From the NCBI GenBank assembly GCA_965205865.1, contig CBDBHR010000026.1, positions 160,001-224,000 of the forward strand: 64,000 bases of DNA. Reading direction: 5' to 3'. Source of the DNA: a bacterium. Its GTDB lineage: Bacteria; SAR324; NAC60-12. The notes under the pieces were generated by a model, which was not told where the DNA came from, did not search any database, and worked only from the letters and a program-made list of their open reading frames with translations. Both the position numbers and the translations under genes were made by a program. The first letter of the stretch is position 1, and each line of letters opens with the position of its first letter. Positions 39,540 through 50,579 of the stretch are shown here, one piece after another.

Positions 39540-42500
39540 ATGGAATTCATACCCAGCAAATTCGCTATTCACAAACCCGCCACCATGTTTATTTTGATGC
39601 TCCTGGTGATTTTTGCCGGAGCATCAGCCTATCGCTCCCTACCTCGGGAAGCCTCGCCTGATATCCAGATTCCTCTGATTATCGTCAATGTTCCCTTCCC
39701 GGGAGCCTCTCCCAGGGACGTGGAATCGCAAATCATCAATAAACTGGAAAAGGAACTGCAAAATATTGATCATTTGAAGGAGATGAAATCCACAGCGATG
39801 GACGGAGCTGCAGTTGTGCAACTGGAATTCACCCCTGATTTCAATATTGATGACGCGATGGATGAAGTGCGAGAAAAACTGGATCAAGTGGAGCCGGAGT
39901 TGCCGGAGGATGCGGAGGATGCGGTGTTGCGCGAAATCAATCTCTCGGAAGAGCCGATTCTGATCGTCAATCTTTCCGGAGCATTCGGGCTGGTCAACTT
40001 AAAAATGATCGCCGACGATCTCAAGGACCGTATTGAAAGCGTCCCCGGAGTTTTGGAAGTGAGGCGCATTGGCGGATTGGAAAAGGAAGTGCAGGTCAAC
40101 GTCGATCCCGACAAGTTGCGATATTACAACCTCGATTTGAACATGGTTTCCGATACGATAAGTGCGGAGAATCGCAGCATTCCCGGAGGGACCATGAATG
40201 TGGGTCGCATGCGCTATCTGATCAACGTCCCGGGAGAAGTGCGCGAGATTGCAGAAATTCGAAACATGATCATCACTGCCCCGGGCTACGGAGCAGTCTC
40301 GATCAAAGATCTTGCTGAAGTGGAATTCACCTTCAAGGAAGTGGAAAGCCGCTCCCGCTTGAATGGTTTGGAGTCGGTTTCTCTGGAAATTTCAAAACGC
40401 AGCGGGGAAAACCTGACCCGCATTTCCAAGCAAATCAAAGAAATCGTCCAAGAGGAAGAAGCCATCTATGGCGGGAAAGTCAGATACACATTCTTGAACG
40501 ACCACTCCGAATTTGTCGATCGCCTTGTCAGTGACCTGGAGAATAACATTTTCACCGGAATCATATTTGTCTGTGTGGTACTGCTATTGGTGATGGGGGG
40601 GCGAAATTCATTGTTCGTGGGATTGGCCATTCCATTTTCCATGCTGATGAGTTTCATGATCCTGCAGTGGGCGGGCATCACTCTCAATTTTGTCGTGCTC
40701 TTCAGCCTGATCCTGGCTTTGGGAATGTTGGTGGACAATGCCATTGTGGTGGTAGAGAATATTTACCGTCACGTGCAATCCGGCAAGCCGAGGAAAGAAG
40801 CGGCAGTGATTGGGGTCAGTGAAGTCGCGTTTCCTGTCATCTCCTCCACCATCACGACCCTGGTAGCCTTCTTTCCTTTGATTTTCATGCCTGGCATCAT
40901 GGGCGAATTCATGAATTACTTGCCCAAAACCCTCATCATCGCCCTGTCCTGTTCATTGGTTGTCGCTCTGATTTTCAATCCGGTGATTTGTTCCACATTG
41001 ATGAAGCGTCCCAAACATCAACAAGGTGTTCTGGACGAGCTAACCCTGGTGGAAAAATCCAAATTTTTGGTTCGTTATCGCACAATATTGAGTTGGGCTC
41101 TGCGGCACCCTTGGCTTTCTTTGCTGATACTGGCAGCTTTTTGGTGGGGGGTCGCGCTATTTTATTTTATGGTCAGCAATCCTGAGAACAAGACCGAATT
41201 CTTTCCGGTACAGGAACCTCAAAGTGCCATTGTACGCATTGATGCGCCTTATGGTACCAATCTGAATAGTGCTGATAAAATCGTCAAAAATGTTGAAAGT
41301 GACGTGCTGTCCTATGAGAAACATACCGATGCGATTATTGCCAACGTTGGGGAGAGTAACCGTCCCTGGGAAAGCCGCATCCGCCTTGCTTTTCCGGACT
41401 GGCAGGGATGGAAAGAATTGCGTCCCTCGGATGTGATCGAAGAAATCAGAGCGTTTCTGCCAAAATTCGTGGGGGCCGAAGTTCGACTGACACAGCAGGA
41501 AATGGGGCCACCGGCAGGGAGAGCCGTCAACATTGAATTGACCGGAAAAAACTTTGGCTTAATCAACACGGCTGCTGATGGCATCATGGAGCGTGTCAGA
41601 GAAGTGAAAGGACTGGTCAATCTTGAAAGCGATTTTGAAACCAACCGTTCCGAAATCAGGGTGATCATCGACCGCGATAAAATAGCGCGTCACGGTTTAA
41701 GGACGACGCAAGTAGCCAGTTTGATCCGGGCGGCTTTCAATGGCAGAGACGTTTCCACCTATCGTCTGGGACAGGACGAGTACGATATTATAGTGCGACT
41801 TGACGAGCAATTTCGGCAATACGATACCGACCTGGCATCGCTTTACATTTTGACGCCGGAAGGTGCTTCTATCCCCTTGAGCGAACTGGCTTCCGTGAGC
41901 AGAAAACCTACGACGGGTTCTCTCCGCCATATCGATCTGAAACGGGTGATCACGGTGACGGGAGATGCCTCCAAAGAGCGCTCCGGAGCTGATATTTTGC
42001 GGGAAATTCAAACTCTGCTACAAGACTTTTCCCAGCCGGAAGGGATTTCGATTTCCTACACGGGAGCCAATCAGGAACAACAGGAATCCCAGGAATTTTT
42101 GGTACAAAGTTTCATCGTTGCCCTGTTCTTGATTTTCATGGTGCTGGTCACGCAATTCAATTCCCTGACACTGCCTTTTGTCATCCTGGCATCGGTCTTT
42201 GCCTCCATCAGTGGCGTTTTCCTGGGCATGATCGTCCATGGCCTGCCCATCAGCATTTTGATGGGGGGGATTGGCACCATTTCGCTGGCTGGTATTGTCG
42301 TCAACAATGCGATTGTCTTGATTGCTTACATCAATCAACTGAGGGCCCGTGGAATGTCCCGTCAAGATGCAGTGGTACTGGCAGGGATGGTACGGCTTCG
42401 TCCGGTAGTGCTCACTGCGGTTACTACACTTTTGGGGTTGCTTCCCATCACCATGGGGATGGACATCAATTTTTACCGTTGGCCTGACGTCTTGGTTTTT

Positions 42501-42707
42501 GGTTCGGAAGGAGGCACCTTCTGGAAGCCCATGAACTTTGCTGTCATGTACGGTCTCTCGATTGCCACATTCATGACCTTGTTCATGGTGCCAATTCTTT
42601 ATTCCCTCAACGATGCGGCCAAAGAAAAACTGAAAACCCGGCTCAATCGCTTCAGTCAGTCAAAAGAGCCGCCTGCTCCCGCTCTCACGGAGGCGCCGCA
42701 ACCTTGA
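39540..42707 (+). CDS. RND efflux permease, AcrB/AcrD/AcrF family
   Basis: GMLVDNAIVVVENI, GIVVNNAIVL, RLRPVVLT. Confidence 0.95.
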   Translation: MEFIPSKFAIHKPATMFILMLLVIFAGASAYRSLPREASPDIQIPLIIVNVPFPGASPRDVESQIINKLEKELQNIDHLKEMKSTAMDGAAVVQLEFTPDFNIDDAMDEVREKLDQVEPELPEDAEDAVLREINLSEEPILIVNLSGAFGLVNLKMIADDLKDRIESVPGVLEVRRIGGLEKEVQVNVDPDKLRYYNLDLNMVSDTISAENRSIPGGTMNVGRMRYLINVPGEVREIAEIRNMIITAPGYGAVSIKDLAEVEFTFKEVESRSRLNGLESVSLEISKRSGENLTRISKQIKEIVQEEEAIYGGKVRYTFLNDHSEFVDRLVSDLENNIFTGIIFVCVVLLLVMGGRNSLFVGLAIPFSMLMSFMILQWAGITLNFVVLFSLILALGMLVDNAIVVVENIYRHVQSGKPRKEAAVIGVSEVAFPVISSTITTLVAFFPLIFMPGIMGEFMNYLPKTLIIALSCSLVVALIFNPVICSTLMKRPKHQQGVLDELTLVEKSKFLVRYRTILSWALRHPWLSLLILAAFWWGVALFYFMVSNPENKTEFFPVQEPQSAIVRIDAPYGTNLNSADKIVKNVESDVLSYEKHTDAIIANVGESNRPWESRIRLAFPDWQGWKELRPSDVIEEIRAFLPKFVGAEVRLTQQEMGPPAGRAVNIELTGKNFGLINTAADGIMERVREVKGLVNLESDFETNRSEIRVIIDRDKIARHGLRTTQVASLIRAAFNGRDVSTYRLGQDEYDIIVRLDEQFRQYDTDLASLYILTPEGASIPLSELASVSRKPTTGSLRHIDLKRVITVTGDASKERSGADILREIQTLLQDFSQPEGISISYTGANQEQQESQEFLVQSFIVALFLIFMVLVTQFNSLTLPFVILASVFASISGVFLGMIVHGLPISILMGGIGTISLAGIVVNNAIVLIAYINQLRARGMSRQDAVVLAGMVRLRPVVLTAVTTLLGLLPITMGMDINFYRWPDVLVFGSEGGTFWKPMNFAVMYGLSIATFMTLFMVPILYSLNDAAKEKLKTRLNRFSQSKEPPAPALTEAPQP

Positions 42708-42917
42708 ATCCGGCAATTCGTTCTATTGTGGATGATGACGTTTTATTTACTCTGCCGGAAGTGCTTTTTCCCGAATTAGTAGTGCAAGTTATACTCGAAT
42801 CTGGTAGAAATACTCTCTTGGACTCAGAAAGTTCCAAGCGGCTCAAAAATAGTTTTTAAGCCGCCCCTCGATTTTTTGAACGACACTCATGATGAGTCGA
42901 TTCACACCACAGTTCCG

Positions 42918-43442
42918 ATGATAAAACAAAATTCTTATACCCATGAAGAACTCATAAAATGTGGGTATGGTGAAATTTTCGGAGAAGGCAACGCCCGTTT
43001 GCCAATTCCTCCCATGCTGATGATGGATCGTATTGTTAAAATAAGGGAGGATACGGGGTTTTATGCAAATGGAGAAATGATTGCGGAATTGGATATCAAA
43101 CCGGAGTTGTGGTTCTTTGACTGTCATTTCCAGTCCGATCCCGTGATGCCGGGATGTCTCGGACTCGATGCCATGTGGCAGATGGTAGGCTTCTTTCTGG
43201 GATGGAAAGGACTTCCCGGAAAAGGTCGAGCCATGGGAGTGAAAGAAGTTAAATTCAAAGGACAAGTCCTGCGTACTGCAAAAAAAGTCGTCTACCAAAT
43301 CGACATTCGAAGGACATTTGTACGAAAAAAATTCGCCATGGGATTGGGAGACGGTACCATGATGGTAGACGACCGCCTGATCTATACCGCCAAAGACTTG
43401 CAAGTCGGCCTTTATATTTCAATCGACGATTACGATAAATGA
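42918..43442 (+). CDS. fabA: 3-hydroxydecanoyl-ACP dehydratase/isomerase
   Basis: [36 protein letters not shown]. Confidence 0.93.
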   Translation: MIKQNSYTHEELIKCGYGEIFGEGNARLPIPPMLMMDRIVKIREDTGFYANGEMIAELDIKPELWFFDCHFQSDPVMPGCLGLDAMWQMVGFFLGWKGLPGKGRAMGVKEVKFKGQVLRTAKKVVYQIDIRRTFVRKKFAMGLGDGTMMVDDRLIYTAKDLQVGLYISIDDYDK

Positions 43443-43667
43443 TTGGCAAATCTATAATGCCAAAGACTTACAAGTCGGCCTTTATCTCGAATGCCGCCGG
43501 TTCTTTTCATAGACAATCAGAGCTCATTAATTGACAATTAATGACTTGTCAAGCAGTAGGGTATCCCCTACATTAGAGCAAATTCATAGCCATTGGGTTT
43601 CCTCCTTCCCGATCACTCTCACTTGATGTTGTCAATCAATTCTTTCCATTTTTTTCAAAAAGGCACC

Positions 43668-45008
43668 ATGAAACGGATTTTATTTACTATGTTAACCACA
43701 GTTCTTCTTGCCGTTCCTGTCAGCGCAGTCGATCAAAAGGAACCGACCGAAGGACTGTATATTGAAATGAAAACCAACAAAGGCACGATCCTGCTCAAAC
43801 TCTATTACAAAAGAACCCCCAACACCGTCGCCAACTTTGTTGGACTGGCCGAAGGAAGCAAAGCTTGGAAAGACCCGATCACGGGAGCATCCAGGAAATC
43901 AAAATTTTATGATGGACTGTCTTTCCATCGTGTCATCGCAGACTTTATGATTCAAGGGGGCGATCCCTTGGGCACCGGAAGGGGAGGTCCCGGATTTCGC
44001 TTTGCAGACGAATTCCATGCGGAACTCCGCCATGATAAAGCGGGGGTCCTTTCCATGGCCAATTCAGGCCCGAATACAAACGGCAGTCAGTTTTTCATCA
44101 CTCACAAAGCCACACCTTGGTTGGATGACAAACATTCGGTATTCGGTCAGGTGGTAGCAGGGTTGGATGTGGTCAATAACATTCAACAGGAAGACACGAT
44201 CGAGCAAATCCTCGTTGTCCGCAAAGGCAAGGAAGCCGAGGAATTCGATGTGGCGCTGATGGTAGAACAAGCCCTGGAAGTCGAAAGAAAGAAATCAGAA
44301 AAAAAACGCAAAATCGTGCCACGGGCAACGGGCAAAATAGACCCTTCCCGGGTACCAGGCGAGCAACAGGCAGCTGCTGAAGAAGTGAGTGTGGAATTCA
44401 TGGTGATTGCTTATAAAGGAGTACGCAGTGCGAATCCGGATATCTATTATGAGAAAAAAGGCGCACTCACAGTGGCAGAGCAAATCACGGATTTGGCACG
44501 CAGGGGAGGCGTCGATTTTTCAACGCTGATCGAGCAATTCTCTGACCTTCCCCAGCAAACCAGGATCCCCAACGTTCGAGACGATCCCGGGGTTCCTGCT
44601 TTTCTTAAGACAGCCCTCACTTTGAAAGTCGGTCAAATCAGTGATCCCATCGATTCTCCCTTCGGATACCTCATCTTGAAACGGGTTGAACTACAATTCG
44701 TAGAGGCACGTCACATTTTGATTTCCTTCCAGGGGGCGGAGCGTTCTCAACAAACACGCGGCAAAGATGAAGCGCGAGAAATCGCCAAGACGATGCTCCA
44801 CCAGTTGCAGCAGGGAGAAGACTTCGCAGAACTGGCCAAGGCGCATTCAGATGGCCCTTCCGGTCCCAAAGGAGGAGACCTGGGACGTTTTTCTCGAGGG
44901 GCGATGGTACCTGCATTCGACAAGGTGGTTTTCGCCTTGAATCCTGGAGAAATCAGCGAGATTGTGGAAACCCCTTTTGGATTTCATCTCATCAAGCGCG
45001 AAAAATAG
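43668..45008 (+). CDS. Exported peptidyl-prolyl isomerase: cyclophilin domain plus two parvulin-like domains
   Basis: Signal peptide; [73 protein letters not shown]. Confidence 0.9.
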   Translation: MKRILFTMLTTVLLAVPVSAVDQKEPTEGLYIEMKTNKGTILLKLYYKRTPNTVANFVGLAEGSKAWKDPITGASRKSKFYDGLSFHRVIADFMIQGGDPLGTGRGGPGFRFADEFHAELRHDKAGVLSMANSGPNTNGSQFFITHKATPWLDDKHSVFGQVVAGLDVVNNIQQEDTIEQILVVRKGKEAEEFDVALMVEQALEVERKKSEKKRKIVPRATGKIDPSRVPGEQQAAAEEVSVEFMVIAYKGVRSANPDIYYEKKGALTVAEQITDLARRGGVDFSTLIEQFSDLPQQTRIPNVRDDPGVPAFLKTALTLKVGQISDPIDSPFGYLILKRVELQFVEARHILISFQGAERSQQTRGKDEAREIAKTMLHQLQQGEDFAELAKAHSDGPSGPKGGDLGRFSRGAMVPAFDKVVFALNPGEISEIVETPFGFHLIKREK

Positions 45009-45014
45009 GGATCG

Positions 45015-46655
45015 ATGAGCTCAGCGCAATTGGCAGAAAAATTTCGAGGCAGGAGACCCCTCATTCATATTGTGCTCGATGGCTGGGGCCTGGGACCTAC
45101 TGGTGACTACAATGCAATTGCCCAGGCCAATACTCCGGTGATGGATTATTTACTGCAAAACTTTCCCCACACCAAACTCATGGCGCACGGGATTCATGTC
45201 GGCCTGCCAGGAGAAAAGGATCTGGGTGGTTCCGAAGTGGGACACATGACGATGGGAGCCGGCATGATCCTGGAGCAGGGGCCTACTTACATCAAACAGT
45301 TGATTGATAGCGGGGAGTTTCAAAAAAGTCCGGTTTTGCAGAAACTATTCCGGCATTGTCTGCAACACCAGAGCCCTCTGCATTTGATCGGGCTGCTCTC
45401 TGATGGAAACATCCACAGTCATATTGATCATTTCATTGCAGTCATTCACCATGCATTTGCGGTCGGCATCGAACGACTCTATGCGCATGTTCTTCTGGAT
45501 GGCAGAGATACTCCCATCCAATCTGCTCTGCAATACATAAAGAAATTGGAAGAGATCTTTCATACTTTAAAACAACAACGGCCGGGAATCGATTATACTT
45601 TCGCCAGTGGGGGAGGGCGTGAAACGATCACGATGGACCGGGATGCCAATTGGAAGAAAATTGAAGCGGGATGGCACGTGCATGTGCGAGGAGAAAGTGC
45701 GAATCGTTTTGAATCGATTGAACAGGCCATCCAACATTTTCGCAACAAACAGCCCGACATTATGGATCAGGATCTTCCCGCTTTTGTTCTGGTTCGTAAC
45801 AACCGATCGATAGGCGTGATCAAGGATCACCATTCCGTTATTTTTATGAATTTTCGGGCAGATCGAGCCCTGCAATTCACCCACGCGATGCTTGATGAGG
45901 AGTTTTCCCATTTTGACCGCAACCCCTGTCCTCAGGTCCTTTATGCGGGGATGACAGTCTATGATCAGGAAATCCAATTCCCGGAAAACTTTATTGTGGG
46001 GCCGACTCTGGTGGAAAACCCCTTTGGCAAGCGAATTTTGGAATCGGGGCTCAAACAGTTCCGACTGACGGAAACACAGAAATTCCCCCATGTTACTTTT
46101 TTTTACAATGGAGGCTATCGCAATCCTTTGGATCCTCAGGCAGAAATATATCAGTTGATTGCTTCTGACAAGATTGCTTCGTTTTCTCTTGCGCCTGCCA
46201 TGAAGGCGGCAGAAATCCAACAACAAGCAGTGGCTTTCATCAATGCGCGGCGATTCGACTACGGATTGGTCAATTTTGCCAATGCGGATATGGTCGGACA
46301 CACAGCGAACCGGGAAGCTACTATTGCTGCAATCGAGACCATTGACTGGGCTTTGGGAGAAATTGTGAAAGCCATCAAACAAACTGCTGGCTTGCTGGTC
46401 ATCACCGCGGACCATGGGAACGCGGATCAGATGCGTTCCTTCAACAGTGAAAAAAAGATTTGGGAACCCGATGCCAAACATTCACTCAATCCTGTCCCTT
46501 TTATCATTTACGACCCTTTTTACAATCATGATTATCGTCTTAAATCCTTGACGGAATCAGAGGAACTCAATCTCAGTCAGATTGCGGCAACCAATTTCAT
46601 TCTATTGGGAAGAGCGGCGCCATCTGATATCAATGATTCCCTCTTTCAATTTTGA
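45015..46655 (+). CDS. gpmI: 2,3-bisphosphoglycerate-independent phosphoglycerate mutase
   Basis: LDGWG, GSEVGH, LDGRD, NFRADR, ADMVGHT, TADHGN. Confidence 0.93.
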   Translation: MSSAQLAEKFRGRRPLIHIVLDGWGLGPTGDYNAIAQANTPVMDYLLQNFPHTKLMAHGIHVGLPGEKDLGGSEVGHMTMGAGMILEQGPTYIKQLIDSGEFQKSPVLQKLFRHCLQHQSPLHLIGLLSDGNIHSHIDHFIAVIHHAFAVGIERLYAHVLLDGRDTPIQSALQYIKKLEEIFHTLKQQRPGIDYTFASGGGRETITMDRDANWKKIEAGWHVHVRGESANRFESIEQAIQHFRNKQPDIMDQDLPAFVLVRNNRSIGVIKDHHSVIFMNFRADRALQFTHAMLDEEFSHFDRNPCPQVLYAGMTVYDQEIQFPENFIVGPTLVENPFGKRILESGLKQFRLTETQKFPHVTFFYNGGYRNPLDPQAEIYQLIASDKIASFSLAPAMKAAEIQQQAVAFINARRFDYGLVNFANADMVGHTANREATIAAIETIDWALGEIVKAIKQTAGLLVITADHGNADQMRSFNSEKKIWEPDAKHSLNPVPFIIYDPFYNHDYRLKSLTESEELNLSQIAATNFILLGRAAPSDINDSLFQF

Positions 46656-46756
46656 ACGGAGACCCATCTGTCTCGCGGAATATCGAACCCCTCTCGAGCG
46701 GTCCCGCAGCGAAGGGATGGCGCTAAGCGAACATCTTGAAAAGGAGCCTGAAATCG

Positions 46757-48130
46757 ATGACAACTATTTTGTGTATTGGAGCGGGTTATGTGGGTGGACC
46801 CACCATGGCCATGTTTGCCAAGCATTGCCCCGAGCATCGCATCACAGTTGTCGACATCAACACAAAACGCATCAAGCAGTGGAATTCGGATAAACTTCCA
46901 ATTTATGAACCCGGATTGTGGGAAGTGGTCCGGCAAGTGCGGGGACGCAATTTGTTTTTCAGTACAGACATTCCCAATGGAATTGCGGAGGCCGACATCA
47001 TATTTGTAGCCATCAACACGCCAATTAAAACATATGGGGAAGGAGCGGGGCGCAGCACCGATCTGCAATATTGGGAAAAGACGGCGCGGGTCATTCTATC
47101 AAACGCGACCAAACCCCGCCTCATTGTCGTGGAAAAAAGCACACTGCCGGTGCGAGCTGCCGCTGCTATGGCTCGTATTTTACATTCTGTTAGTAATTCT
47201 ACGCATTTCGAAGTGATCTCCAATCCGGAATTTCTGGCAGAGGGCACTGCAATCAAGGATTTGAAAAATCCGGACCGCGTGCTGATTGGAGGGCGTAACG
47301 ACGAATCCGGCAGAAAGGCCTGTGAGGTATTGGCAGATCTCTATGCCCACTGGGTACCACGGGAAAAAATTCTGCTGACCAATGTCTGGAGTAGTGAATT
47401 GTCCAAATTGTTCGCCAATGCCATGCTGGCTCAAAGAATATCATCCATCAATAGCATGACGGCCTTGTGTGAAAAAACAGGAGCCGACATCTCAGAAGTG
47501 AGTCATGCAATTGGCATGGATAAGCGCATCGGTCCCCATTTCCTGCAAGCCAGTGTTGGTTTCGGTGGTTCCTGCTTTCGAAAAGACATCTTGCAATTGG
47601 CCTACTTATGCGAACGATTCGGACTTCCGGAAGTCGCCCAATACTGGGAAAGTGTGGTTCGCATGAATGACTACCAAATCAACCGCTTCTTTAAAATGAT
47701 TTTAAGTAATCAGTTCAACACGCTGGTAAATAAAAAAGTGGCAATCTTCGGATTTGCCTTCAAACCGGACACAGGGGACACGCGGGACACCCCGGCTCTG
47801 CCGATTTGCCTCAAATTACTGGCGGAACAGGCATCAATCAGCATAACTGATCCCAGAGCACTGGAAAACGCGCGAAGCGATTTGCAAGGGGTTGAGGGGA
47901 ATCTCGAGTTTGAGGAAGATCCTTACAAAGCTGTGACAGGAGCCCATTCGCTCGTTTTGATCACCCATTGGCAGGAATATCAGCAATTGGATTATCAACG
48001 CATTTTTCAGTCCATGATCTCCCCCGCATTTGTATTTGATGGCCGTAACCAGCTGGATCACTCGGCATTGTTCGAGATCGGATTCAACGTCTACCCTCTG
48101 GGAAAACCGGCACTGAGTCATTTTGATTGA
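46757..48130 (+). CDS. ugd: UDP-glucose 6-dehydrogenase
   Basis: IGAGYVGGPT, EKSTLP, NPEFLAEG, GFGGSCF, FAFKPDTGDTR. Confidence 0.93.
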   Translation: MTTILCIGAGYVGGPTMAMFAKHCPEHRITVVDINTKRIKQWNSDKLPIYEPGLWEVVRQVRGRNLFFSTDIPNGIAEADIIFVAINTPIKTYGEGAGRSTDLQYWEKTARVILSNATKPRLIVVEKSTLPVRAAAAMARILHSVSNSTHFEVISNPEFLAEGTAIKDLKNPDRVLIGGRNDESGRKACEVLADLYAHWVPREKILLTNVWSSELSKLFANAMLAQRISSINSMTALCEKTGADISEVSHAIGMDKRIGPHFLQASVGFGGSCFRKDILQLAYLCERFGLPEVAQYWESVVRMNDYQINRFFKMILSNQFNTLVNKKVAIFGFAFKPDTGDTRDTPALPICLKLLAEQASISITDPRALENARSDLQGVEGNLEFEEDPYKAVTGAHSLVLITHWQEYQQLDYQRIFQSMISPAFVFDGRNQLDHSALFEIGFNVYPLGKPALSHFD

Positions 48131-48476
48131 TAATTTTTTGTTCCGTATGTCTTTAGGAACAAACCTTAAATAACTTGTAATTCTTCCAATGGTGTGAGCA
48201 AAATTGGGGGACATGTACACCGCTGCGCATCCCAACTCTACTGTTTTATGCCTGCTGTTACGTGTCCCCTAATTTTGCGTATCCATACTTCTAACTTATT
48301 TAAATTTCATTCCTTAGATGCTGCTAAAGAAGATAAGTGAAGGGCCGTCCCGCCCTCTGCTCCTTGCGTGAGACATCCACACAACAGGTAAAATAAAATT
48401 CTGAAAGTCTTTAGATACTGATAAAGATGCGCGATTTTGTTGCGCATTGTAAATTCTTTGAATTTAGGCAAACATC

Positions 48477-49622
48477 ATGAGTGTCTTTCAAGAAAATTTA
48501 AAAAAACTAAGTCCCAGCGATTGCCTCGTTTTGATACGGATTTTTGATCAGGGAGGTAAGTTGCTTTCTGTGATTCCCAACTTGCCGGGAAAACAAGGGG
48601 CGCTGCGAGTGTTTCACCACATCACGTCAAAGAGCGGTCGCCTTGACTTTGAACAGGCAAAAGAAGGGATTGGACTGTTTGGAGAACATGTGGAGAATGC
48701 CCGGATTCATCCCGAAAATCACCCCAACCTGGCTCTGTTGTTGCAGATGAAATCTTCCCGGTATTTGCAAATACAACGGGTGACGAGTCCCGTTTCCGGG
48801 TTATTGGAAACGATCTCAAAGCGCTGCGCTTCCACTTCAGATTGCGACGTCTTCACCGAATTGCTCAACCAGGGGACCGTACGCGCGGCAGAAAAAATCA
48901 ATGGGATCTGGCGAGCGCAAACTTATGTCATTGACGGCATTCTGAATTATTTTGCCACACACGGCAATGTGCGCCTGGAAGGGGCATATTGGGACAAAAT
49001 TCCTTTAAAAACCGCCAATCATTCTGACGAAGTTTTTGAGCAAGAAGGAGTCCGCTATGCGCCCGGTTCCATTGTTCGCACGGGGGCTTACATTGGTCCA
49101 CAAACTGTGATTATGAACCAGGCATTTGTCAATATTGGCGCCTACGTTGCCGGTGAGGGGGTGATGATCGATGGGGGTGCCCGGGTGGCGTCCTGCGCAC
49201 AAATAGGCAAAGGAGTCAAGTTTGGCGCAGGTTCCGGAATCGAAGGGGTATTGGAGCCGGCAGGCCGTCTTCCTTCCATTGTCGAAGATGGCGCAAAAAT
49301 TGGCGCCATGTGCGAAGTGTCAGGAATTATTGAAGAAGGGGCGGTCGTTGCCAGCGGTGTGGTAATGGCTTCTGGCAAGAAAATCTTCGATGAAGCAACA
49401 GGAGAGCTGGTTCCACCGCTGGAATGCGTAATTGGAGAACAAACTTTCCTGTTACCGGTTGTTCCCGCTTACCGTTTGGCAGTGGGTGGGTCTCTCCTCA
49501 GCGACGATGGGGGTCTGCAGAAACGGCGCTTTTCAACTGATGCTATCATTTTGAAGCCTGGTGACCTACGAGACTCCAGCACTTTGAAGCATTTTGAAAA
49601 ACAGGGAATCCTTTATGACTAG
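48477..49622 (+). CDS. dapD: DapD-like tetrahydrodipicolinate N-succinyltransferase with an N-terminal DUF2322-like domain
   Basis: C-terminal LNQGTVRAAEK, DKIPLK, FVNIGAYV, SCAQIG, GVLEP; N-terminal PGKQGAL...LFGEH...HPN. Confidence 0.8.
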   Translation: MSVFQENLKKLSPSDCLVLIRIFDQGGKLLSVIPNLPGKQGALRVFHHITSKSGRLDFEQAKEGIGLFGEHVENARIHPENHPNLALLLQMKSSRYLQIQRVTSPVSGLLETISKRCASTSDCDVFTELLNQGTVRAAEKINGIWRAQTYVIDGILNYFATHGNVRLEGAYWDKIPLKTANHSDEVFEQEGVRYAPGSIVRTGAYIGPQTVIMNQAFVNIGAYVAGEGVMIDGGARVASCAQIGKGVKFGAGSGIEGVLEPAGRLPSIVEDGAKIGAMCEVSGIIEEGAVVASGVVMASGKKIFDEATGELVPPLECVIGEQTFLLPVVPAYRLAVGGSLLSDDGGLQKRRFSTDAIILKPGDLRDSSTLKHFEKQGILYD

Positions 49623-49668
49623 CGCTTGAGTGGATACTTCATCATCCTCTGAAAAATAAAGAAATCAG

Positions 49669-49964
49669 GATCCGCTCACTTACGTGTTCAAGATCCGTGA
49701 CGGCGTGTTCTGGCACGACAAGGCGCTGCCTTGTTTGACGAGTACTACGAGAACATTCAGACCGCTACCACGGTAGAGGAGCAGCAGGAGTGGTTGCGGA
49801 AGGCCGACCTGCGCATCGCCGAGCAGTTATGGACGATCAGGGGGCCAGTTGTTCCCCTGTTCGGTGTCACCCAGCCCTGGCTCAAGGGCTACAACGGGGA
49901 AGGCGATCTTGGCTCCATGCAGAGGCCTACTATCTTCGCCCGCCTCTGGGTCGACAAGGAGTGA
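49669..49964 (+). pseudogene. Internally deleted family-5 SBP remnant, followed by a dppB start stub at ~50092
   Basis: DPLTYVFKIRDGVFWHDKA joined directly to the C-terminal QPWLKGYNGE...FARLWVD. Confidence 0.8.
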
Positions 49965-50120
49965 AGCAAGGATTGGGTTCTGAACTGGATTCTGTCAGTT
50001 CGATGGATGCGGTTGGAGTCCATTTAGTTATCATCGCAATAACGGAGCTGCACTCCGGCGCAGCTCCGTCAGAAACCATGCGGTAGAGGCAATGAGAACA
50101 TACATCATCCATGAAGTAAC

Positions 50121-50477
50121 TTAGAATCCATAAAATATTGAAAGAGCTGATACTGAAAATATCATATGGAGGAGGTTAACACAAAGCATAACCTGACACT
50201 GAGATTTCCTGAAAGATAACGCAGGAATGAGAGGGGGCTGGAACGGAGCGAAGCGCATTTGAATTTTGCTTGTGCGATACACACTAATGACCACAGGTGG
50301 TTTCTCGGTAAAATTTACAAAGACTCGGAGCAAATATTTTTTCTTATCAAAATTTACCTTCGATTGACAGACCGTTTCATCTATTTCTTGATTGTACTTC
50401 TGTGCAGGATTTTCGACAACTTTTAAAACCATCTCAATCGAGATCTCCCGCGGTCGAGACGACATCAAGGAGTACAA
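50121..50477 (-). pseudogene. DUF4258-like toxin remnant
   Basis: ISIEMVLKVVENP...YLLRVFVN...VVISVYRTSKI; both ends look foreign. Confidence 0.55.
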
Positions 50478-50579
50478 CTTAACGGCCCATTACAGATAGT
50501 CTTTAAACGCTTCAATCAATCGCCTCCAATACGTGATCGCAAAAGGAGGGGGAATAGTTGTTTTTCTTTTCTGAGGGTT

